Shown one piece after another: positions 29,601-43,214 of a stretch of 64,000 nucleotides of DNA. A program made the translations under genes and the position numbers. The notes below the pieces were generated by a model. It did no database searches. It saw only the letters and a program-made list of their open reading frames with translations, and had not been told where the DNA came from. The DNA lies in contig NW_002060946.1 of NCBI RefSeq assembly GCF_000150275.1, forward strand, positions 1,879,454-1,943,453, read 5' to 3'. The DNA comes from Trichoplax adhaerens. Lineage: Eukaryota > Animalia > Placozoa. Position 1 is the stretch's first letter; each line of letters starts with the position of its first letter.

Positions 29601-31169
29601 TCGTTCAAGAAAATTGATCTACTGTTGCACAGTGAGAAATTTATTTTAGTTAACCTTAAACATGAGTTAATATTTTTAATCTACTAAAGGTGGGATTCAT
29701 ATCTTGCTGATCTGCATTAGTACTCATGTTTTGTAACAGCATGTGTACATGTACAGTATCTCGTATCGTAGGACCCTATAGACGAAATGATATTGCGCAA
29801 CATCACAGTAAAACGACTTCTGATTAAAATGTTGCTAATTAACGAAAATTGTAAAATATTGTCCTTCAATTTAACTGTATTCTCGCCATGACAACAGCCA
29901 TTTCATAAGTCAATTCTTTCATAATGATATTTACACCAGACCTAAAGAAGTCTAAGGATGGCACGTAATAGCATGACAGGTGATTTAATTCATTTGCCCT
30001 TATTTAATCTAATTGGATATTACAACAAATATCGTTAAATTGAAAATTAATGAATAATCTTTTTTAGGGTGTGTATGCTATGACCTTTATATTTATACTA
30101 TATACGGATAGTTATAAATCTTACTGTTTAATATCTAAGGGTTTACATATTGCATAATTGTATGATCAGTTTCGGTACGGTATTCGAATTAGCTGCATTC
30201 ATCGACGGTACTAGAAAGACAAAACTCACCCTTGACGTACTTATGTCTTTTTGCTAATGTTATTTTGTTGATTGCTGTCTATTCTTTCTATTGACGCCCG
30301 TAATTAATCTATGCTACATACTGCTATCTGATAAATTAATGTATCATTTTTTTCTAAATTAAGGTTTTCTGTGGTATAGAACGTAAAATAATGAAATATG
30401 AATTGGATACTAAATTGCTAGTGATGATTCTCTACAAATAGTAGAACGATCATAGCTTATAATTGGTTAAATATATGAAGCAAACCAATAGCGTGATTTT
30501 GTATTTATGCAATATAGTCACAAACACAGCAGGTGACCATATCGGAAGCAATTAAATTTATTACTTAAGTTTTATTTTAATATTGTAAACTGAAAAGTGC
30601 AGATTAAGTAATTTAATTAACATAGTCGATATAAGACCGCAGTGACCAAGAATCATGTTGTCAACCCATCTTCGGAAAGCCATTGTTGTAACATATTGTT
30701 TAAAATAGCTATTGATATACAATAACTATCTTTAATGTAATATAAGGAATGATGTGTAGTTCTAGAATGAGATTGTAGAGTCAGATATTTGGTTATTTAT
30801 TGAAGTTAGAAAGTATTTAGCCCGTATCTAATGGCTTGTCCTGCTGTATACCGGTGTACACATAAACAAAACTAAAGATGCCTATTTACATTCAGTAGCA
30901 ACAGTAATACCTTACGTTTAACTATAACAATGTCAACTCTGAACTTCTAAACAGGTCTCGTGCATTTCATGGGATGAATCTATGTGATAGAATGCACATC
31001 TGAAGAGTTTTAATTGTATTTCTTTCCTGTTATTGGCTATTAATAATGTATAACAAACATTTCACTATTATATAATGTATATGGTACAGACGGGTTATTC
31101 GTCCAGTCTATTTGCTGTCTAGTCAAGTTATAAATTGTCGGCTTGTAATGGCGGGTTACCAGCTGATCT

Positions 31170-31380
31170 ATCGACTTATAAATTGACGTATTGCCAGGTC
31201 AGTTTATAAACTGAGACCCATGCATTCTGTCGTTTATAAAACTGTAAAGGCGCCGATCAACTTATAAACTAAATAAATTGCTTTTATAGTATATATCTGA
31301 CCTGGTAATAGGTCAATTTATAAGTTGACCGGCGCCTTTGTAGTTTATAAACGGCAGAGCAATACGTCAATTTATAAAAT
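31170..31380. repeat. Foldback/MITE-like imperfect inverted repeat built from TTATAA-containing subunits
   Basis: ttataaattgacgtattgc pairs with gcaatacgtcaatttataa; gtttataaaactgtaaaggcgccgatcaacttataaa pairs with tttataagttgaccggcgcctttgtagtttataaac. Confidence 0.75.
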
Positions 31381-32117
31381 GAATTAAAAGCTTACCACGT
31401 AGATTCGGATAATAAATGCATAAATGTAGGTGGATAGATAAAACGATTTTATGGTAATCTTTAATTGGTTACTTGAAACGTATAGATTGTACAGGCTTAA
31501 TCTTCATGATCATGAGCAGAGGGAAATTTAAGTCTAGTTTCATCTTATCGTTTACAGCTCTTTAGATTGCCAAAGTTAAATTCGTTATCTAAATGGAGTT
31601 AAGGTCCGCTTTACTGGTTCCAGAAGAAGAAAACGAAGTATAAGTTCGTTCTGCATAATTGATACTTCAATCTTGACACTGCATCAACTCATACGTAATG
31701 TCCATTTATTTACTAATAATTTCCGTAGCAAGGGCATCTTTTTGAATTTTACAAAAAGTTATTATACACACAATAGTAAAGATTTACAAAAATTGTGCAC
31801 AGCACTCAGTAATCAGTAAGAACGGCTCAAATTTTTAATTACAAGCCATTCATTCCTTCGTAAATACTAGAAGGGTATTTCCGGTTATATATTTCCGATT
31901 GTTTCTTAACGGAAGATGTCCATCGTGATTTTAATGTTTATTTGTTCAAATGCGAATTTGTCAATATGTACTATTGAGCCTTAAGAATCTCTGTAATATT
32001 ATCCTGAGTTAACTGTTAAATAACAATCTCACATACAAATAAAGTAGTGTAGTCACGATGTAACGGATGGTTCTCGAGATAGTCTGGAATGAAATAAACA
32101 ATAGAACTAGATTTCAA

Positions 32118-34438
32118 TTAGAAGTATTCCATTTTTATCTTTATGATGTCAGTTTTGTAGCGCAACAGCGACTTCGGCAGATTTTCCTTTACGTAAGCGA
32201 CGTCTACGTTTTCTTTTCTAAATTATATAGGAATTATAGAAAGTATAAATACTTGCTAGCAGTTTTTACCTCATTAAGATCAACTAAAACATCGTTAGAG
32301 AAACGTACTACGTAATATCATGAAAGCCCAAAGTGTATTTCAGCTATTCATAAATTATTTAAATTAACATTTATTACCGTTTCTTCTCCTGCAGTCACAA
32401 TTTGTTTTTTCTTTTTCTTACAGGACAGAGGATTTGGTTCAGCTGGTCGTTTACGCTTTTTGCGCTTTATAAACTTTGTTTGTGATTCAGGAAGATAAGC
32501 CTTTTTCATTAGGTTTAAAACTTCTTTCTGGTACTGTGATGGCTGAAGTTTATCATGAGTAATCTAAACAAGTTTAGAATTTATTTTCAGTTATGACACC
32601 GCTAATACTTTGGAAGCAAATATATCTAAGGTTACATTCTTCGATGTTTTTAAGGCAGAAATTAGCTATTTGATTCAACGTACGTTCTCTGCAGTTGTTT
32701 TTGTCTTCATTGATGGCTTTTCAAGTATAATTGCATTATAATTGATATACAATATTGGTACACCTGCAAAATTTATTATTAATACGAGTAAATATTTTTG
32801 TTGAATCAGCGTCACAGCTATTGTAATCATTGATGACATATTATAAATTATCTTCAACTTACAACCAATTTTTCGCAACGCTGCCCGTAAATCTTTGTCT
32901 TGAGTTGCTACAAAGTAATGATTTTGATTCTTTTCTCCTAAAAAGGAAACGAATTAAAAATAAACAGTGTGTACTTATGAAGTTAATAAGGGTACAATTG
33001 TAATGTCACTGTGACAATAATTGTGCTAACAATTTCCACTAATTTACACACTATGATAAATCATGGAAGTTACATTTATTATGCAACAATTGATACATCA
33101 CATAGAGCAATAAAACTGTAGAATATTTATACTATGCAGAGAGGCTTCAAAACGTTGCAAATATGGCAGTAGTGTGATCTCTGTATTACTAATTGTCTAT
33201 CACAATGCAAATTACAATATTGAAATATCAATTTCAGGACATACTATAGCAACATTTCGGATTTGACAAATTTTCATTAGATCATGCAATACAATAAATA
33301 TTACATGAAAGGGATTTATACAAATAAAAATCTTTCTGTAGTAATGGAATAATAATCAATGTGTAAAATAGGTGAAAATTGTACCAATAAGATCCAAAAT
33401 GCATTCTGCAGCAGGCAAACTTGATTTATGGTGGCATTGCTTTTGGTAAAATCGCTTTGCAATTAAAACTGCTCCTAATAGTGATGGATAGTTGGTATCA
33501 ACAAGGTTTCTGCCTTCATGAACGACGCATTTAGTTGTACCTTCAATTTAAGGAATAACAGATATTTAGTAAATCGTTTATTTGTTAATAATAGGATCGT
33601 TCAGACAAGGTATCTATATTTAAATAATTGTCTGAATTTTTATTTAAAATAGCTTTCTTTCATTAAATACAAAGATTGATGAGATTCACCATCAAGGATG
33701 CCTAGCATAGTTTAGGGTATCTATTAAACAGTTTATGCATTACTATCCTATTTGCCGAGTTCACCTAGCAGTAGCAGCGTTTACTGTATAAGAATAAAGT
33801 TACCGTCTAGTCTAGTTTACTGCATTTATGAAGAGATGTGTATACATGTACAATTGCTTACAATAGCATTGAAAGTGGCGTCGACTACACGTATAGAGTA
33901 CTGCATGGAGGATATAGAAACATTGACAAATTCATACAAATAAGCGAGCTCGAGAATATTCTGTTCCACTTGATAATTTTATTTTATAATTGAGAATTAC
34001 GTACAAAGGTTGACCGATCCATCCAAGTATTTTGGTAGTTGCTCCTTGATATAAATTTTGTTGGACAAAGCAGCTTGGCAGAAAGTTCCATCCACTATTT
34101 ACGAGTGTGGGAGATTGTATCGCGCGCGTAGTACATTGATTTAGTTAGTATTTAGAGAGATCAGAAGAGAACAAGCATATATGATAGCAAAACAATTGCG
34201 ATCGTTTCATAGGAGAGTTGTTATATTAAGCATATATGTCTATCGCATCATTTCTACTATAGGAATATGAATTAATAAGTTCGTAATATGCTTTGATGTA
34301 TTCAGTGAGATTGATACGTTTACACGCATTTAGATAGGTCTATACTGTACCTAGTATTTGATAGGGTTCGTTTATACCCAAGGAATTATGATAAAATGAC
34401 AGAATTCGTCGAACATGTTTTAACCTAGTAATTTTCAT
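32118..34438 (-). CDS. UTP23: rRNA-processing protein UTP23 (PIN domain), multi-exon
   Basis: Exons 34438-34351, 34094-34005, 33540-33385, 32937-32863, 32763-32684, 32563-~32378, and a probable last exon ~32217-32118. Translation MKITRLKHVRRILSFYHNSLGINEPYQILVDGTFCQAAL...CTTKCV...HYFVATQD...VPILY...PNPLSCKKKKK matches the UTP23 family. The 3' end is uncertain. Confidence 0.93.
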
Positions 34439-34899
34439 TTTGCACAGATCTTCTAAGATTAACAGAATAAAGCCAGGGTTAAGAGCTCGATCATGTTCAT
34501 CAAGGTACACTCGACTATATACAAGATGATATCAATCCACTACGAATCTGGAAGTAGTGTTTAAAGCAGCTAGAAGATACAACACCATTACAGTAACTGA
34601 TTCCCGGAAACTATCACACATTGATTTCTTAATACACAGTAGAAATGCTTTTAATTCATTCTAAACATTATAACTTGTTCGGTAACTTACATCAACCCTC
34701 CGAAATAACCATCGTAGCCAGAACAGCCATATATTGAAGTTGAACTGAACGATGGCCTGGGCTGCAACAGCCTTCAAAGGCTCATTTACGATCTAGTACC
34801 AGTATGGTACTGTCGAGGTCTACGGCGCACTAGTACCGGTACTGGACTTAGAAATCGATATGGTCTGATCTGGTCCGGAGCTTACAGTAGTTTGCAGAA

Positions 34900-35120
34900 T
34901 ACTGTAGAATGCCTGTACTGTACACTGTAGGGACTTCTACACTTGTACTGTACAGTACAGTACTGTACTGTACTGTACACTCAGTACAGTTAGAGTGTAC
35001 AGTACTGTATGACTGTCGTACAGTGTACAGTACGTAAATTGCAGGTTCTCAGTACAGCACAGTACTGTAAAGTTCTATACTGTACAAGTACTGTACAGTA
35101 CATAGTACAGTACACTACAG
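34900..35120. repeat. Dense TACAG/TACTG low-complexity tract (also ~16.6-20.1, 39.9-43.2 and 55.2-55.4 kb)
   Basis: Mixed-orientation runs of tacagta, tactgta, tacagtgta and tacactgta. Confidence 0.85.
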
Positions 35121-37095
35121 TATGACAGGCGAAACGTTAGACCGGCCGCATGGGCAAGATTAGTGCTATTCGGATTTTCTGAGGCAAGAAACGCACATGG
35201 CTGCAGCGGAGGATGATCGGTCTCAGATATGAATTCAACATGAACGTTAAGAATCTTCCTTGCAAGTTCATCTTTCATGGAAAAACTGGATCAATGTTGA
35301 TCCGAAAAACTTTCAAGTACGAAAGGTAGAATAAAGTGCAATCCAGATCGATGTTGATCGCAGAAATTGTCGTAAAATGCATCTCCGATTCAAAATGAAG
35401 GACAAGTCTTGCTAAGTAAGGTGGCACATTGGAATCAATTATACAGTACAGTATATTTAGCTCAATTAAATTGAGGCTATGTAGAGTTTTGTCTACAAGT
35501 TTTACAATGTATAAGTTCAATGTTGAAGCCAAGATGATGAATACTTAATCTGTCAATCCACTGATCGTATAGTGTGATTATATCAAAAAATGTCCTCTAA
35601 GAAGTTCTGAACTGGCTTATAGTCCTTGTATATTGTTTTATCAGTGCAGTAGATTACTGTAATCGAACTGTATCTTTCACTTTGATCATAGGTTTATGCC
35701 CAAATGACGAATGTGCATGTAGAATCTCAGCGTGGTAAAAGCTCGCGATCAATTGTATCGATGACTTCTTTCGTGAGCTGCATCTCGGCGTTCATGACGA
35801 TACGTGCAATTGATTAGACGAAAGCCTGTAAGTTGACCAGAAATTATAGTCAAGTTTAATGGGGATACTATTCCGAGGGTCTGAACATTACAATTTTTAT
35901 CTTGCGTACATGAAAATCGTATAGGCTTGCAAAGAAAGTCACTTCCCAAGTTTTGCGCGAATCAATCATCGACATTCCGCAAGCAGTACTCCACGAGCCG
36001 TTTTCAAGCGGGTTCTCCTGTATTACGCTGTAATTTTCAGCATCCTGAAGGAGAGATGGCTCGTTCTTCTTAAATTAGCTACATAAACTGGGCGAATTGA
36101 TTTAGTAAGTACAATATGTTTGTTTTTTTGACATCGGGTAGTGATTTGCATTAGCTTAGTCACTTCGACTTGTAATGGTTCACATGTCTACTGTACTGCA
36201 GTACTTTGTTCTATCAGTCGTTAGCTATTACTGTTGCTATATAAAGAGAAGAACATTTTCTATAGGTAGAAGTTGGGTTCATACAGAATGTTTATAAATG
36301 TCTATCAAATGAAAATGATGATTTCTATGACTAATTACCAATGGATCCTGATGATCTACAATTCTATAAAATGAATTGTATATGATATTAAAAGTAAATT
36401 CTGATTGTAATGGCGTCCATTTACGCGTGTAGTATGTTAAGTGTATCAATTATGTTACCTTTTCTGTGGTATTTGACGACAGTTTGCAACTTTATTCTAG
36501 AGAACTACTAGGGACCTGGGACGAAATATTGCTATTGCTGGGAAGTTTGGCGAAAAATTTCATCAACATCTATTTAAGCTTAAGTAGATGTCATGTATTT
36601 ATTTCTATATTGCTTTCTTTGTAATACTGTACAGTGTACAGTAGTATGCATCAAGTTATCAATAAACCGAATTTACAGAACTGGTGCAGCTATCATAAGC
36701 GTACGTGTATTTATTTTTATATGTGATAAATTTATTCTGCATGCAGCATCATGGATAGGGTAGTGGTTTCTTGACCGAAATATCTCTTAATTCGAGACGT
36801 ACAGTATAATAAGGCTAGTTGGTAAGCATTTGCTGATTGTAGAAATTTGGATGTTATTTACCTTTCCTTGAGAAAAGAGGTTTACGACTATACACTATAC
36901 AGTACTCTAAGAGCAATTAGCGGGCTTACAGCAATGAGTAATTTGGTTGTATTCTCATAAAGTGGAAAATGAAGGACAATTAGCACTAGAGTACAATGTG
37001 CAGTATGTTCAGACTGAATTTAAGGTTTAATGTCCTAAGCTCTATAAAGTATTAACCTTTCAATTAGGAAAAAGTTAATTCGTAGTAAACATTAA

Positions 37096-37350
37096 CTTAA
37101 GGAATTCTGATCAACCAAGTTATTTGAAAGACTGTAGTTAGCATGACATTTTTTCTACAGTATATTGTCTATTATCACTGTTATTGTTTGTTTTTAGAGT
37201 ACTTAATAAGCCACCATCGTTTGATTAGCTAATCTGCCGGCCCAAGGTCGAGTCTTGCTGGACTTGTTGTTTACAGTACATTTCGTACAGTACAGTACCA
37301 GAAGACCGCGGTACAGTATTTAAATCATTATCGTTTGAATGGCCCAAGGT
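37096..37350 (-). repeat. Inverted copy of 42273-42465 plus 42925-42987
   Basis: For example, ccaccatcgtttgattagctaatctgccggcccaaggtcgagtcttgctgga (37212-) is the reverse complement of 42368-42419, and tgaaagactgtagttagcatga is the reverse complement of ~42938-42960. Confidence 0.9.
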
Positions 37351-37417
37351 AGTACTGTACTGTATCATACTACTGGCCAGCATTGCAATCTCATTCATCG
37401 TACAGTAGCGTGCAATC

Positions 37418-39740
37418 GGGCAGCAGTGTTGATATATAGCGCCGTGGGTTCCCTTCGGTGTTCATTTTGCTTGAAAGAACATCAGGACTCGACCAATTTT
37501 TCGTGTATCGGTCATCTCCAAATTATAACTTACAAGCTGCAAATCAATTTAAACCACCTTGGTTCGTATATTTTTGTTCCAATTAGAACTAAAAAAAATT
37601 GGGTTTTATCCTAAAGTGCAACATTCAATCGGTATCCGCATTACTGTAGTTGGTCTACTTCGTCGAAACGCCTTCAACCACCTGAGAGTCGCATTGAATG
37701 GATGATGCAGATAATATACGTGCTGAAGAAAGGAGGCTATGGCACATTGACGATTTTGCCGAGAACGCTGTACCAAGAGGAAGAAATTATGCTTGGTATG
37801 ATAATCTTCCTTTAATGCGGCGATATTTACGATATTTGCTGCAAGCTTGGCAACAACTACGCTATATTTTCTTCTAGTTGATGGAAACAATTCATTTCTA
37901 TTAAACGTTGAATTGCATAGAAAAAAGGAAAACTTTAATTTTTTTTTGTCTACGTATTTTCGTGCTGTACCATGTTCTACGTGAAGTACACCGATGATCG
38001 TAGCTGGTTTTAATCTGTATAAAACGATGCTGTCTATACTCTTTCTTTCCTTTTTTTCCATATTCTGCTTTGTGCTGGATACACTTAGCAAGATATGACT
38101 TTTTTGATCAATTTCGTATGAATTATCAGGTTATAAAGTTTCAATGCTCTGTAGTTAAATACTACTGTATGCGACAGTGTGATATCCAGTGGTCAATACA
38201 GTATTCAGATGGAATCGCCGTAGGCGGTAGTGCCGGTGAAAATTTGTTGTAGTCAACTTGGTAGTATGATGCTGTAGTATCGCTGATTTCAGCCATATCA
38301 AGTTATCTTGTAATTCTTTCCACTATTATCCATCACCTGTTTGTCATCAATCGCTTGGATCCGCTGTTAATTTCCGAAAAAGTAGCAGAGTACAGTACAA
38401 TATTATTATTATGAATGACCTCTGTAAACAGTGTGTGGACGGACGTACCATGTATTGCGCATGTTGGTCAGCTGCAAAGACTTTCACAGTATGCTGTCTT
38501 ACTCTGAAAAGCGTAAGCGGTACCGATTCCACCTGTAGAGGTAACAAACTGAATTAACCTCCTTGTTATCCTACAAACTAGAGTAAACTCTATACAGTAT
38601 TGTTATTCTTTTTTAGTTCGTTAGTCGGTTAGATAGTCAACTAGTTTTTCAATTGATATTTAATTGTAAAGACTATAATCTTGGGTGCCAAGATTCCTTC
38701 AGTAATAAATGATAGTAAATCTCTGACTATCTCGTCTACATCATCTGTGACGCTATAATTATACCATAGTATTCGGTTGTTGGAACTGAATTATTTGGTG
38801 ATATAGCTAATCTCGCCTCTTTAAGTTAGTAAGTGGCGTTCTACGCAAGGATTGGCGTGTGTAGACTACTTTGTTACTAGTGGTGTGTGACAAGTATCTA
38901 TATACAGATGTATACAGTACTGTACAGTACATATCGATAAACTACAAGCCGACGGACGCGTACGCAATCGAACATGAATTTCAATTGTAACCGCAATGTT
39001 AACTAGTTTTTAATTTTCTTCTTGTCATCGAGGTACAAATTTGTTACTCGATATGTTATGCTTGATTGATTATATATTGTTATTGTTGTACAGTATATAT
39101 AGTTAGTAATAGATTAAATACGATATCTTAACCATAAAGGCATAAATAAAGGAAACACTATACTGTATATGTACGTATACTGTACTGTATGATGATTGTA
39201 TGGTAGTACTTGTAATACAGTAGGTGATAACATTGTAAAAGGCGGACTGATAAGCTACTAATTGTAGTGCGAAGTATAAACTGTAATCGTATCGAGGTGT
39301 AACCTCGTGTAGCTGTAAATACCGATCAACTAATAATAAAATGCGGTTATCAATCTTACTCACGGAGTGAACTTATTATTGAAGAACATAACAGTTATTA
39401 CATGTAAAGTCAATGAACAGACTGTATTTGAAGATATTTTGCTTCATGAAAGGATAGACTAGAGAAATGGCGATGCAGTAATATTTGATATTTTGGTAAT
39501 GATGGAGTACAATCCGTATATTATGACGTCACAAAATGATGACCATTTTTCAATCAAGTATAGAATCCATGATCGCGCTAATTAACTTACTGTCATAGTT
39601 AATTTACTTTCATCGATCGACAAATTTTTCAAATCGTGTAAGACGTATTACTATTCATAAAATATATCTTGATAGCGTAATTTAAATTTAAATTTGTATT
39701 GATCAATTAACTCTATTAATAGCCCTACATAGGAACTTTT
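37418..39740 (+). repeat. Segmental duplication copy 1 (direct repeat of 43215-45170) carrying the BH3-dead paralog
   Basis: Long near-identical blocks with copy 2. Segments unique to copy 1 at ~38580-38897 and ~39085-39395. Confidence 0.95.
37698..37877 (+). CDS. Duplicate of protein C with mutated BH3 (59 aa); BH3-dead paralog or incipient pseudogene
   Basis: Manual translation: MDDADNIRAEERRLWHIDDFAENAVPRGRNYAWYDNLPLMRRYLRYLLQAWQQLRYIFF*. The ORF is intact, but AGRRLRRIGD has become EERRLWHIDD. Confidence 0.6.
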   Translation: MDDADNIRAEERRLWHIDDFAENAVPRGRNYAWYDNLPLMRRYLRYLLQAWQQLRYIFF

Positions 39741-39745
39741 AGGTT

Positions 39746-40978
39746 AACAATAGGTCTAAGGCGCATCTTGCGAAGATGCGCCTTAGACCTATTGTTCCCG
39801 TATGAAAACAATACAGCATGCATAGTAGGCGTGAACCTTCAGCAGCTAGTAGCAAAACGGCGTAGAATCTACTGCCTTTGCTATTAAACGAAAATGTTAC
39901 TGTACAGTACTGTATGCCATACAGTAGGATAAAGCTGGTGTCATGTCTAGTACTGTGGACGTTCGCCAGTTTTAATGAACGAACGTGCGAACGTCCAATT
40001 TGAACGTCGGACGTTCATTGAACGTACCAACGTACACAGTGTACAGTGTTAACACTACAGTATATAGTGTACACTGTACTGTACAGTAACCGTGCATTTG
40101 TACAGCATACAGTACAGTACATTACAGTACAGTACAGTACTGTACACAGTACACGATATAAAGTTACTGAACCTCTGACAGGTCTACACGGTACGGTATA
40201 AAGTTACTGAACCTCTGTTAAATGAGCACATTATCGTAAACCGTCAGTAAAGCGACGGGAGTTTGCACTACTGTACAGTAGTGACTCTGAAATACAAAGT
40301 GTTGTACTGTAAAAGACGTTTGTACTACTGTACTGTATGTACAGTACTGTACTGTACTGTATAGTATTGGGGTGGGATTATACAAACTGACTGTATACAC
40401 TGTACTGTACACTGTACACTGTACAGTACAGTTCGTCGACGTCCGATCTGACAACGAACGTACATACCGAACGTCCAAAATCGAACGTCCGTTGGACGTC
40501 CAATCGCTCGACGTCTACAGCACTAGTCATGTCTACTGTACTGTACTGTACTACTGGCCATTGCAATCTCCTTCATCGTACAGTAGCGTTCAATCGATCA
40601 AGCATTGAATTTTGTTAACCATTTTTTTTTTTGGGTTAACAAAGTTCAATGCTTGATCGATTGCACGCTACTGTACGATGTACGATGAAGGAGATTGCAA
40701 TGCTGGCCACTAGTATGATACAGTAGACATGGCACCAGCCTTAAATGCTCATTGTTAAACTGTACAGCGTGTATGGAAAGTCTCCAAAGACTTTCCAGTA
40801 TTTTTCCTAGAAATTTGAAACATAAATTCCTAACATTTTCGTTTAATTGCATAGGCAATAGCTTCTATGTCGTTTTGCTACTAGCTGCTGAAGGCCCACG
40901 CTTACTATGCATGCTGTATTATTTTCATACGGAACAATAGGTCTACGGCCGCATCTTCCTTTCCTTAGACCTATTGTT
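39746..40978. mobile_element. Two head-to-head copies of a ~340-bp hairpin-ended non-autonomous element (possibly Helentron/HINE-like)
   Basis: 39785-39899 is the reverse complement of 40831-40945, and 40558-40620 of 40635-40702. Terminal hairpin at 39746-39796. Further partial copies at 42984-43115 (+) and ~37355-37418 (-). Ends abut TTAA. The family assignment is inference. Confidence 0.6.
39948..40525. mobile_element. Non-autonomous hAT-type element (MITE), 578 bp
   Basis: TAG...CTA termini and 15-bp TIRs (tagtactgtggacgt / acgtctacagcacta, 2 mismatches). 8-bp TSD gtcatgtc at 39940-39947 and 40526-40533. The empty site is visible in the related copy at ~43075-43095. Subterminal AACGT/GACGT repeat arrays. 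Confidence 0.85.
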
Positions 40979-43214
40979 CCCGTATGAAAACAATACAGTT
41001 TAAACAATAAGCAGTACGTACAGTAAATACAGGCCAAAAATAGAAAAGTCTATTCAGCTCGATGGATGTTGCTTCTTAGTTAAATTGCCCTATTTTTATC
41101 GTTATACTGATCCAATCATTGATATATATTAACAATTATATGAATAGTGAACAATTTGCAATATGTTATGTATCTCTTTCTTGAAGATTAAGCTATAAAA
41201 GTTAAAAATGAAGTAAAAACGCTGCCCAAACCCGATCAAATTATTGATTTTCTAACCCGAAATGAGCACAATCGCTATACAAGCACTGCATTAGCACAGA
41301 ATTACTTGACTTTGAATCCCTCCCTGGAGTTGGGTTTGAGGTTGACTTTATTAAGGACACTAATGCTGGCTCTTCTCGGCCACCGTAGATAGCTGACTGA
41401 GAATGAAGGTTCCATTGATTAACGAGTCACCGTTTCTTTACAAATCTCATTTACTGTATATGACGTATGTACACACTATCCAGTATTATTTGCGAGTTAA
41501 GATAAAAAAGTTTATTCTCTTCCGGATGAATTGCTTATGTATTAGCAGCAGAGCTTATCTTCATATTTTGAATAGCTAGTCAATAACTCCTACCGTACTG
41601 TAAAAGTAAAGTAACCAATCTCAAGTACACGATCACTAAGTTAGTACACGTTGCAACGCGTTGTAGATCATCTTATATTCAATTAATTATTTGTCAGGGA
41701 CTACTGAAGGAAAGAGAAAGAGAGACAGAAAAGGATTTTTCATCGACAAAAATGTGAGAATCGATTTTTTTGCTGGTCATTTGGCTATACCTGAAGACTG
41801 AAAGCGTACAACGTCACCAATCACCTTGGAGGCACTTTTTTGCGAGCACACTTGTAAACAATGTACTGTACTGTACATTCAAGTGTACAAGTGTACTGTA
41901 CAGTACGATGTGTTCATTTCCTTTCAGACTGGGAAAAAGGGAAGAACAGTACCGAAATCAAGGTCAAATTACTATACTTTATACCATAATGGAGCTAGAG
42001 AGCTGAACTTTTTATACAAGTTGATAGAATTAAATGTCTATGCAAGAAGAGTCGAAGCAGATAGTAATCATTACTATGTACAATACTTTGCCATGCCAAA
42101 GTTGGAAACGAAAATAAACCCACGTTTACAGGCGGAGGGGGTTCCATTTTTATCGATGAAAAGTCGTCGTTTCCTGTCTCTTCCTTTTTCTTCCGTACAG
42201 TGTACAGTACAGTACACTACAGTACTGTATAAAATGTACTGTCAACATTGAACAATAAGTCAAGCAAGGTTCGACCTTGGGCCAATCAAACGATAATGAT
42301 TTAAATGCTGTACCGCGGTCTTTTCGTACAATACAGCACAGCACAGTACAGTACTGTCAACAACAAATCCAGCAAGACTCGACCTTGGGCCGGCAGATTA
42401 GCTAATCAAACGATGGTGGTTTAAATACTTTAAACAATAACAGTGATAATAGACAATATACTGTATATCACACTAGGCAATTGTCGATATTATGATAGCC
42501 CTTTAATAATCAATTAAAATGTTCCACTTAGCGCGCATTCAAATGTAAATGAAGCGTACAGTACATACTGTACGTACAGTACAATAGAGAGAGGAAAGAT
42601 AAAACCGCTATTGAATGGCATAGTACGTACAGTAGAAGTTGACCAACGGTATTACAGTACTGCAAGACTGCAAAGTACTGTACACTGTACAGTATGTTTA
42701 TGTGTACTGTACTGTACACACAAACTGTGCAGTATGAATAGAGTGTGTGGAAAGTCATTTGATATTTGTACAGTACAGCGTTTACGGGAAATTTTTGTAC
42801 TGTACAGTGTACAGTATACTGGTGTACTGTACAATGTACAGTACACGATAGTAGCGGATGTCGGAGACCTTTTACTATTTTGAACCCCCAAAAACACCAC
42901 GGGCGCTTTATTATTTTAATAAGAGTGTAGCAAAAATTCATGCTAACTACAGTCTTTCAAATAACTTGATTGATCATAATTCCTTAACAAAGTTCAATGC
43001 TTGATCGATTGCACACTACTGTACGTACGATGAAGGAGATTGCAATGCTGGCCAGTAGTATGTACTGTATGATACAGTAGACATGACACCAGCTTTATCC
43101 TATGGCATACTGTACAGTACTGTACTGTACAGTACAGTAGAACGATCGAACGAGGAGTCAGTCGATTGTACTCTACGGTACAATGTACTGTAGTGTTTCC
43201 CAAAAAAATTAGGG

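Noticed and set aside
37606-38091. 161-aa and 109-aa (43423-43752) minus-strand ORFs open in both duplicate copies
   Set aside because: They have non-ATG-like or repeat-dependent starts and no recognisable domain. They are antisense shadows of the + strand BH3 ORFs.
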